62,441 nucleotides of DNA from a virus (lineage: Duplodnaviria; Caudoviricetes), in the IMG/VR virus record IMGVR_UViG_3300020579_000013, positions 1 through 62,441 of that record. One strand, 5' to 3'. The notes under the pieces were generated by a model. That model was given only the letters and a program-made list of their open reading frames with translations, made no database searches and was not told where the DNA came from. Shown here one piece after another: positions 25,957-32,660 of the stretch. Both the position numbers and the translations under genes were made by a program. The first letter of the stretch is position 1, and every line of letters starts with the position of its first letter.

Positions 25957-26314
25957 GACCTACCTCCAACTATTTTACAACGGTTGTAACAATGCCGACT
26001 CGCGCAGATACAACGCGCAGTCACGAAAGTTCAGGGATCGAACGGAGCGCGCTGCTCGTCGTGCTGCAGCAGAAATTGTCGACACCTGGAACAACGACAT
26101 ACACTGCGCCCTACCCAAAACCCTGACGCCTTTGGTTTGGTTCACTTGCCAGAAATACTCTGACGAATACTCATGGGATCCTCGCTGTGGTGTTGTGTCT
26201 ATGTGGGCATGCAAACGCGGTCGCCTCACTCAAACGCACAAGCCTGAATAGTGAACACGTCTACATCCATATACTTCAAGTGCCCGAACCGAGCCTCGAC
26301 CCTCGACCCTCACT

Positions 26315-26581
26315 TCATCGTCGCGGCCTGCGGCCGTCGCCTGCCACAACACTTAGCGGGAGTGCTTTATACTCAGCCCGCCGCGCAGCAGCGATCTTCC
26401 CATCGCATCTGGCATCCGGGTTGAATTTTTTATAGATGGCGATCTTGCGTCTGGTCTTGCGGGCTATCACGCTCGGATAGTCTTTGACCTCGCCGCATCC
26501 AATACACTGCATGCCCCCGCCAAGATGTCGATGCATCGTGTCGGTTGCACATGTCTCACAAGGCTGGTTGGATAGTTTCAT
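26315..26581 (-). CDS. Zn-finger basic protein
   Basis: CETC...CIGC; GAGG RBS; ATGA overlap. Confidence 0.65.
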   Translation of the reverse strand: MKLSNQPCETCATDTMHRHLGGGMQCIGCGEVKDYPSVIARKTRRKIAIYKKFNPDARCDGKIAAARRAEYKALPLSVVAGDGRRPRR

Positions 26582-26739
26582 TGTATGCCTCTACGTACGC
26601 AAGCTAACCATATTCTTCGTCTCTCCAAGATTTCCCAGTCTGAGAACAGGCAGTGCTGATACCGCTCATCTTGGTCGAGCGGTGTAGTTCTGCGGTACCA
26701 TATCCTCAGTGTCGTCCAATCAAGATACATGTAGTTCAT
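26578..26739 (-). CDS. 53-aa microprotein with YLDW and QHCLF
   Basis: Hand translation; GGGAG RBS; ATGA overlaps. Confidence 0.65.
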   Translation of the reverse strand: MNYMYLDWTTLRIWYRRTTPLDQDERYQHCLFSDWEILERRRIWLACVRRGIQ

Positions 26740-26852
26740 TCGTCACTCCCGAATAAACACAGTTGCATATGCCAGGACTTGCACCACGTGCCTGAGTTGG
26801 CCCAGTTGTTGCGGTCGTACCAGTCCAGGTATAGGAAGAGTGCTCTAATCAT
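26736..26852 (-). CDS. 38-aa microprotein with YLDW and QLCLF
   Basis: MIRALFLYLDWYDRNNWANSGTWCKSWHMQLCLFGSDE; ATGA overlaps. Confidence 0.65.
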   Translation of the reverse strand: MIRALFLYLDWYDRNNWANSGTWCKSWHMQLCLFGSDE

Positions 26853-27031
26853 ACACTCACCTTGTAGATTTCACTTATCTTCTCAATCGTCTTTCGCGGC
26901 CACTCTTCCGGTCCGACGAACAACATTGCCTGCAAGCTGCAACCCTCGCCTTTGTCGGTACATTCTGCCGCTTTGGCTTTATAGAACTCATCCCACGGCA
27001 ACCAAAATCCTTCACGTAGCCTACCAACCAT
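26849..27031 (-). CDS. Microprotein with QAMLF
   Basis: TAAGGAG RBS. Confidence 0.65.
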   Translation of the reverse strand: MVGRLREGFWLPWDEFYKAKAAECTDKGEGCSLQAMLFVGPEEWPRKTIEKISEIYKVSV

Positions 27032-27041
27032 GATTGTCTCC

Positions 27042-27230
27042 TTACTCAAACATGCTGAACTGCATTGTGTCCCAAGAGTTGTCGTTGGTGTACGCAGGAT
27101 GATACGCGTCGTCGAACACAACTCGCCACTCAAACACATCCAACCATCCACATTGGTAGCAAGCAGCATCACCTATATTGTGATCGCCTATCCGGTGATT
27201 TTTTCGTCGCTTCGGTCGCGCAGTCATCAT
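27042..27230 (-). CDS. Microprotein ending QFSMFE
   Basis: ATGA overlap. Confidence 0.65.
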   Translation of the reverse strand: MMTARPKRRKNHRIGDHNIGDAACYQCGWLDVFEWRVVFDDAYHPAYTNDNSWDTMQFSMFE

Positions 27231-27388
27231 TGCCGGTACCATGGCGGCATCTCGTCTGGAAATAAACAGATTTGTGCCGAGTATATACGCAGACCTTCAC
27301 TCTGCAATGCATCCCACTCAAGCCAGCACAGAAAGACCGCACCGGCGCTTGCCTTTACTTTCGCTACGTATTCGCTTAAGGCATCCAT
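27227..27388 (-). CDS. 53-aa microprotein with WLEW and QICLF
   Basis: GAGGT RBS; hand translation. Confidence 0.65.
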   Translation of the reverse strand: MDALSEYVAKVKASAGAVFLCWLEWDALQSEGLRIYSAQICLFPDEMPPWYRQ

Positions 27389-27438
27389 TTTATTACCTCG
27401 CTCGGAAACCCTCGCTCATCCTAATGTGCTGCGACCAG

Positions 27439-27705
27439 TTACAACCCTTGTAAGAACCGCCGTTGGATATTACTCAATGGCTGCATGTTTGGATTGCCCA
27501 CCAACCCAGGATGCATTGGCGCGTTGAGTGATTGACCTATTGACTTCTTGGCTACGCGTCGCACGCGCACCGCATGCCTGTGCGCAAGCCAGCCCGCACG
27601 ATATGCTGAAGCCAGCATATCTCTGGTTTCATTCCCGTCCCACGTTCCGCTCTGCGGCTGCCATGCCCGCGCGGCATACGCCGCGGCTCTGTGTTTGGTA
27701 CTCAT
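27439..27705 (-). CDS. Hypothetical basic protein
   Basis: MSTKHR start, coupled to upstream peptide. Confidence 0.55.
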   Translation of the reverse strand: MSTKHRAAAYAARAWQPQSGTWDGNETRDMLASAYRAGWLAHRHAVRVRRVAKKSIGQSLNAPMHPGLVGNPNMQPLSNIQRRFLQGL

Positions 27706-27767
27706 ATATCCACCCCCAACACAAGCAGACACACCACGATGGCTGCAAACCACGCCACGACGATCAT
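27702..27767 (-). CDS. 21-aa hydrophobic peptide
   Basis: MIVVAWFAAIVVCLLVLGVDI; ATGA overlaps at both ends. Confidence 0.45.
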   Translation of the reverse strand: MIVVAWFAAIVVCLLVLGVDI

Positions 27768-28279
27768 GCCCCACCATTCGCGCGCTGCTCATCCAACCGC
27801 ACCAGCGCCTCGTATGCCTTGCGCATCTCTTCGGCAGTGACCGGCAAGGCAGTCGGATAGTCAGTGGGCATGAACGTGTCCATGGACTTCGCACAGCTAC
27901 TTCGCGGAGCATGTGCTACGTCGAATATCTCCATATCCAATTTATCCACGCCCGGGTCCACTACAGCCGGCGACGCAGGCTGCCGGCCCTGATCCTGGTT
28001 TAGCAGGTCGATCAGGTCTTCCGTCTGATTGAGTCTATGTGCATGGTTCACACGATACGTCTCCAGGTCTTTGATGCGCTGCGCCAAAGCCTGCTCGACC
28101 TTGCTACGTAGTCTTTCGTTTGCCGCCACCTCGTCCAGGATTTTGGCGCACCAGACCTTGACTGTGTCACGCGCAATGACGGTTTCGTTGTGAGCATCAA
28201 GGCTCATGAACACGCCAAGTGTCATGGCGACACTACCTAGTACGGACATAACAATCGCGAAAATTGTGTAACTATCCAT
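27764..28279 (-). CDS. Membrane-anchored coiled-coil protein
   Basis: AGGAG RBS; N-terminal TM segment. Confidence 0.75.
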   Translation of the reverse strand: MDSYTIFAIVMSVLGSVAMTLGVFMSLDAHNETVIARDTVKVWCAKILDEVAANERLRSKVEQALAQRIKDLETYRVNHAHRLNQTEDLIDLLNQDQGRQPASPAVVDPGVDKLDMEIFDVAHAPRSSCAKSMDTFMPTDYPTALPVTAEEMRKAYEALVRLDEQRANGGA

Positions 28280-28291
28280 CGAAATCTCCTA

Positions 28292-28483
28292 TTAAGGTTG
28301 TTTAGAACGGTTACGCATAGCATCGGCGATCTTCTGACGATGCTCAGAACTAAGCGGAACACCAACTCGACCCTTAACCCGTGCCGCGCGAATGTGCGGT
28401 CGATGGTTTTTCTCTACTTGGTGCACCCGCTTCATCGACTCACTAATCTTACGTCGATGGCCTGAACTTAACGATTTAGGCAT
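28292..28483 (-). CDS. NUMOD3-motif small DNA-binding protein
   Basis: Two repeats LSS.HR.KI (LSSGHRRKISESM, LSSEHRQKIADAM). Confidence 0.65.
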   Translation of the reverse strand: MPKSLSSGHRRKISESMKRVHQVEKNHRPHIRAARVKGRVGVPLSSEHRQKIADAMRNRSKQP

Positions 28484-28489
28484 AAAAAC

Positions 28490-28915
28490 ACTCCATCGAG
28501 TAGTGACGCTCACTACGTCCACTACCCGGTCAAACTGATAACTTGTTGTATTGTCTCGATGTTCACTGCAGTAGAAGTATGTAGTAAGAATACAAGCACG
28601 CATCTTTTTGGAGACTACTAGGTGACTACGTGGTCTTAGTACCCTCTAACCCATACACTCTCACTCTCAAACGCGTGATTACCTTATATTTTATACTAGG
28701 TATGTATATATTATTGAAGAAAACACACATGCTAAGACTTGCAAATCAAGCACTTAACCACGTATATACTAGGTCATGTTGCGATGCGATTTGTGCTGGC
28801 GCGCAGTCATAAAATCATGTGGACAATCAATCACCTACAAAAAATTATACCCGGTCTACCCGGTTCACTACCCGGTTAAGTGTTAAATAGCTCCCATTAA
28901 GGAATTATTTAAACA
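28490..28915. other. AT-rich non-coding region with TACCCGGT direct repeats; candidate replication origin
   Basis: Largest intergenic gap; TACCCGGT once near 28523 and three times at 28848-28877. Confidence 0.5.
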
Positions 28916-28947
28916 AGAAAAACCCCCGACCATTGCTGATCGGGGGT
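28912..28947 (-). terminator. Intrinsic terminator
   Basis: ACCCCCGATCA-GCAA-TGGTCGGGGGT followed by TTTT. Confidence 0.8.
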
Positions 28948-28966
28948 CGTTACAAGGCTTGTTACC

Positions 28967-29545
28967 TTACTGGCCTAAGCCAATGTCCAAGCCCATCTCG
29001 GTGGCGAAGTTCACTATTGCTTTCATCTGTTCCAAACGCTTTGGCGTCTTGCGTCCGTCTCTGACAGATGCATACCACGACTTGAGCGCCGATGCCGCGC
29101 GAACCGCCGGGTCCGTCTTGGTCGCTTCAGCCTTGGTGTTCAACGCCATCACCGCGTCGCCTACGTTACCGTGCTCTTTGATCGCGCGTGCTACCTTGAC
29201 CGCGTCATGATATCCGCAGCGACCATACGCGCTCGAACGCAATGCCGTAATGGCTTCGGGGAGCAACGCGTGTTGCCGGATCAGGCTGCGTGCCTCAGAC
29301 TTGGAAACCTTCTCGCGAGGTGTTCCAGCCCAGTTCAGCTTGGCGCTGAGTTGATCTGCGACCAACACGACATCGGCCTCACTGGGGATTTTCGGAAAAC
29401 CAGCCTTCGCCATGGCCCTGAATGCGTCGATCAGTGTCGCGCCCGAATTTTGCGCGGACTGGATGGCCTCGCCGAGGACGGTTACAACGGTTGTAACTAC
29501 CTTGGCGGCCAGTGTCGAGACTTGTTTGGTATCACTCATTCGCAT
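28967..29545 (-). CDS. First gene of the early arm, hypothetical protein
   Basis: AGGAG RBS; own terminator; flanked by and containing palindromic sites. Confidence 0.8.
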   Translation of the reverse strand: MRMSDTKQVSTLAAKVVTTVVTVLGEAIQSAQNSGATLIDAFRAMAKAGFPKIPSEADVVLVADQLSAKLNWAGTPREKVSKSEARSLIRQHALLPEAITALRSSAYGRCGYHDAVKVARAIKEHGNVGDAVMALNTKAEATKTDPAVRAASALKSWYASVRDGRKTPKRLEQMKAIVNFATEMGLDIGLGQ

Positions 29546-29730
29546 AACTCCTAGTTTCTTGAATGAGGTAGCGGTATTGCTCCCTCACTAATCAGCCGGA
29601 AGGAAACGGCACAGGGTTACAAGCCTTGTAACCGGCACTGGCCAGAGACCCCGGTATAGGGGCCAGGCCAGGGGGGCCGGCACCCGGTGGTTTAGGTACT
29701 TGATCAATACGTCAAGTAAAAATTGACTAC

Positions 29731-29759
29731 TTGACACACGACCGGCCCACATATAACAT
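29731..29759 (+). promoter_or_regulatory. Sigma70-type promoter, probably leaderless transcript
   Basis: TTGACA-17 nt-TAACAT; ATG at 29767 with no SD. Confidence 0.65.
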
Positions 29760-29766
29760 CGCCGCC

Positions 29767-30009
29767 ATGCCTAAATTCCCTCTTGTCCAAATCTCCTGGC
29801 ACGACGCATGGTCAGACTCCGGCTGGAAGAGTCCTGGAGAAATTTCAAACCTATGCATCCCGCTCGTCATCCATTCGGTTGGCTTCCTGGTCAAAACGAC
29901 ACGTAGTGGATATTTGATCGCAGGTTCGGTGGACGCGAACGGCCTTGTTGGCTCGGTGATGTTCCGTCCGCGCGGCATGGTCAAGTCGATGAAGCGCATA
30001 TACCTATGA
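29767..30009 (+). CDS. Small conserved phage protein
   Basis: V.ISWHDA...SVGFL...P.GMV pattern. Confidence 0.7.
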   Translation: MPKFPLVQISWHDAWSDSGWKSPGEISNLCIPLVIHSVGFLVKTTRSGYLIAGSVDANGLVGSVMFRPRGMVKSMKRIYL

Positions 30010-30386
30010 GATTCTCCCGTCCTCCGATCGGCACCGTCCGCAAGCGGTTTGCCTGGTGGCCTAAGCATGCTACGGTGATCAGTGGAAAATATGTCCCCGA
30101 GAAAAATGCCACTATGGTTCCGTTTTTCTGGGGGTTTCACAACCCCGGCCCCGCCGCATTCCCGTACTCGGCGCCCAGAAAAAACAAAAAACCCCCGACC
30201 AGCGGTACCGTGTTGGCGCCGGTGATGTATGTGCAGAATTCCTGGCTGGACGGCTGGATCTGGCTCGAGTGGTACGTCGAGGAGCTGGAGGCGAGCTACC
30301 GCGGCGTCGGCGGAGAGACGAGTATTACGGTCTGGCGGATGAAGCCGCCGACCAAGCAGTGGAATGCATTTCATGAATACGATTAG
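30006..30386 (+). CDS. Trp-rich hypothetical protein (WLEW; QWNAF near end)
   Basis: ATGA overlap. Confidence 0.65.
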   Translation: MRFSRPPIGTVRKRFAWWPKHATVISGKYVPEKNATMVPFFWGFHNPGPAAFPYSAPRKNKKPPTSGTVLAPVMYVQNSWLDGWIWLEWYVEELEASYRGVGGETSITVWRMKPPTKQWNAFHEYD

Positions 30387-30395
30387 GAGTTCACT

Positions 30396-30656
30396 ATGAC
30401 TTTTGATTTTTTGGTTGGGTTTGCCACTCCGGGCTGCAAGACAGTCCTGACTTCCCCGCAGGGCCGCCGAGGCTGGTTTGCCAATTGGATGGGAAAAAGA
30501 TGGGTCGCTTTAGACGGTTATGTCTATATGGCCGCGGTGCGCTTGCTGGGTGTCACCGTTGGGGTTACCATCACGAGAGAATGCGACAACTCATCTTTGC
30601 CACAATTTGCGCAATCGCCCTCGGCTGCGGCACCGCCCATTCCGAGATCGACATAA
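30396..30656 (+). CDS. Hypothetical protein
   Basis: AGGAG RBS. Confidence 0.55.
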   Translation: MTFDFLVGFATPGCKTVLTSPQGRRGWFANWMGKRWVALDGYVYMAAVRLLGVTVGVTITRECDNSSLPQFAQSPSAAAPPIPRST

Positions 30657-30907
30657 CGCCACCGTACAAAGAGTGGACGTATATGTTTTTCCGGAACATC
30701 GAGGGCGGCTGGACAGCACGATTGATCGAGGTTCCGTTCGAGCCTGGACAAAAAGTCACTGCATGTTTTCAGATGCCGGACGAAGATGCGACGGCGGACT
30801 GTTTCTACGTGTACAACGAGGAGAGAGATCCGGACGAGAAGGATGTACGGAACATCGGCGGCTACATGCACCACATCAACTTGTATTTTGAGGATATCGT
30901 GATATGA
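30581..30907 (+). CDS. Exported hypothetical protein
   Basis: MRQLIFATICAIALGCGTAHS leader. Confidence 0.6.
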   Translation: MRQLIFATICAIALGCGTAHSEIDITPPYKEWTYMFFRNIEGGWTARLIEVPFEPGQKVTACFQMPDEDATADCFYVYNEERDPDEKDVRNIGGYMHHINLYFEDIVI

Positions 30908-31164
30908 GCTACGCCAAACAACCAATAAGTATCGCGGAGAAAAAGGCCCTCGACCAAGACGACTGCACTCAATGGGAGCCGCGGGACTTGTTGCTGCATT
31001 TTTTGCGACGGATAGACTCCGGAGAGAGTTTTGATGGGATGATTGTGACGTACGTTAAGAAATCGGAAACCGGGTCCTGCACAGGAATGCTGCGGGCGAA
31101 ACTTAAATTTTTGGAGTGCATCGGCGCTCTGGAGGCGGTCAAGTCTGACCTGATACATTCATGA
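30904..31164 (+). CDS. Hypothetical protein
   Basis: GAGGA RBS; ATGA overlaps. Confidence 0.65.
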   Translation: MSYAKQPISIAEKKALDQDDCTQWEPRDLLLHFLRRIDSGESFDGMIVTYVKKSETGSCTGMLRAKLKFLECIGALEAVKSDLIHS

Positions 31165-31676
31165 GCAACATCTGGAATTACATTCGGCAGCTGGTCGGCA
31201 ACGGCAAGTCTGCGACGATCGGAATTTTTGTTTTTATTTTGGTTTTGTCTCTCGTGTTCGCCAAGTGCCATGCGGCCGAGGTGGATATCCTGGCCGGCTC
31301 GAGTTTCGGTACTGAAGGGTACGGCCCGGTGCTTGGGCTCGACGTCAAGTTCCCGCTGAGTCCGAATCCGGGCGTGTCTATCGTGGCGGGCACCGATCTT
31401 TGGGGATCCACCACATACCACGGATTCAATGTGCCGAATAATTGGGACTGGCACATGGAGCTCGAGGGCTGTAAGGGCCGGTTCTGCGCAGGGATAGGGC
31501 CTGCGTTCGTACAGCGCGTGGATGCCATTAATGGCGCGCACACGAATTACTACCTGGGGCTGTCCTTCAAGGCCACCAGCCGACTCACGATGGTGCTGGG
31601 ACACTTGTCGGATGCGGGCACTTCAAATCCGAATGTCGGTCGGCAATATTTGTCGTTCTCGTACAGACTCCAATGA
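31161..31676 (+). CDS. PagL-like lipid A 3-O-deacylase beta-barrel
   Basis: Signal/TM segment, alternating beta strands, C-terminal HLSDAG..PN.G..YLSFSY (PagL pattern HxSNAG..PNxG). Confidence 0.7.
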   Translation: MSNIWNYIRQLVGNGKSATIGIFVFILVLSLVFAKCHAAEVDILAGSSFGTEGYGPVLGLDVKFPLSPNPGVSIVAGTDLWGSTTYHGFNVPNNWDWHMELEGCKGRFCAGIGPAFVQRVDAINGAHTNYYLGLSFKATSRLTMVLGHLSDAGTSNPNVGRQYLSFSYRLQ

Positions 31677-32110
31677 ACGCTAAGCGCGCCAAGAAGTTAC
31701 GGTGGTTTGCCAGGGCTCAGGAAGCAGCTATGCCGGACATCATGGTCAACGAGAAGGGGATACCGTCCACGGTTCTGGTGTACGATCATCGCAAGATCGT
31801 AATCGACAAGGAGGGCAAAGAGCATGAAATCATCCGACGCACCGTCCAGTACAACCCCCGGACTTCGGGTAAGGGTTATTACCGGGCGCTCAAGGCAGCA
31901 AAAATTCGCCTTCGCGGTTCTGTCGCCCTTGTCCGCCAAACTTGCCAGTTCCGAGCTATCAAGGCTCTTACTGAGAAGCAGCAACGAGCCGGAGATAGTG
32001 CCCGACCTGGCGCAGAGTCTCTCGCTATGGCAGCGGCTGGAATGGGCCAGCCGGGCCCGCAGACGGCAGGTTCAGCAGATGCTGTTCGACAACCCTCCGG
32101 AGCAGCTTGA
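31673..32110 (+). CDS. Basic hypothetical protein
   Basis: MNAKRAKKLR start; ATGA overlap. Confidence 0.65.
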   Translation: MNAKRAKKLRWFARAQEAAMPDIMVNEKGIPSTVLVYDHRKIVIDKEGKEHEIIRRTVQYNPRTSGKGYYRALKAAKIRLRGSVALVRQTCQFRAIKALTEKQQRAGDSARPGAESLAMAAAGMGQPGPQTAGSADAVRQPSGAA

Positions 32111-32123
32111 GTTTGTAATTTGA
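31998..32123 (+). CDS. Overlapping microprotein with RLEW, QQMLF and QLEF
   Basis: GGAG then GTG; MPDLAQSLSLWQRLEWASRARRRQVQQMLFDNPPEQLEFVI. Confidence 0.45.
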   Translation: MPDLAQSLSLWQRLEWASRARRRQVQQMLFDNPPEQLEFVI

Positions 32124-32161
32124 TGCCCGTACACTCGTGGGCGTTGTAACAGGAGACCGAC

Positions 32162-32332
32162 ATGACTGATCCAGTGACTGAAGTGAAGACTGTTGTTGCC
32201 GACGTAAAGTCCGACGTGGTCGTGGCACAGAGTTTTCTCGCCAAGCAGATTGCTTGGGTGAAAGCCAACCCGGTGAAGACCGGCGCAGCCGTATCGGCCG
32301 TGCTCGCAGTCCTCGCCAAGTTGTTTTTGTAA
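32162..32332 (+). CDS. 56-aa tail-anchored membrane protein
   Basis: AGGAG RBS; WVKANP followed by a C-terminal TM segment. Confidence 0.65.
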   Translation: MTDPVTEVKTVVADVKSDVVVAQSFLAKQIAWVKANPVKTGAAVSAVLAVLAKLFL

Positions 32333-32520
32333 TGTCTGCTCCTCACAGTGCCGTAGCAGCCCCCACGGGAGCTGCGGCTGCTGTGAGCTTGGCGACCGTG
32401 ACTTGGGTGGCCAATCTCGAGTTGATACTGCGTATTTCCGCGAGCGCCCTGACGGTGGCGGTTGCGTTGTTTTCCCTCTATCACTACTACAACATTTACA
32501 TCCGCAAGAAGAAGTCATGA
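32332..32520 (+). CDS. Holin-like membrane protein
   Basis: Two hydrophobic segments, RKKKS tail; TAATG overlap. Confidence 0.55.
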   Translation: MSAPHSAVAAPTGAAAAVSLATVTWVANLELILRISASALTVAVALFSLYHYYNIYIRKKKS

Positions 32521-32660
32521 GCAATCCAGTGGGTCAGCGGATCCATGTCCGACTGACGAAAGTGCAGTACGCGAAACTGAAAAGTTTGGCCAAAAACGGC
32601 GGCTACTCAATTTCTGAAACACTTCGTCGAGCGATCGACGCCTACCTCGCAGTACAGTAA
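32517..32660 (+). CDS. Ribbon-helix-helix (CopG-like) DNA-binding protein
   Basis: RIHVRLT..Y.KL..LA...G.SISETLRRAIDAYL. Confidence 0.8.
   Translation: MSNPVGQRIHVRLTKVQYAKLKSLAKNGGYSISETLRRAIDAYLAVQ

Larger units (their letters stand above)
17603..29632. repeat. Dispersed 17-bp palindrome GTTACAA-N3-TTGTAAC, nine copies
   Basis: Starts at 17603, 19878, 21792, 23907, 25974, 27438, 28949, 29481, 29616; 0-2 mismatches. Confidence 0.85.

Noticed and set aside
26310-26312. Stop-codon reassignment (TGA read as Trp)
   Set aside because: Core genes are uninterrupted in the standard code and many end in TGA with ATGA coupling.
17603-29632. CRISPR array or integron attC cassettes as the explanation for the repeats and microORFs
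   Set aside because: The repeats are kilobases apart and often intragenic, no per-gene DNA repeat is visible, and no integrase or cas operon is present. The Cas4-like gene is an ordinary phage exonuclease.
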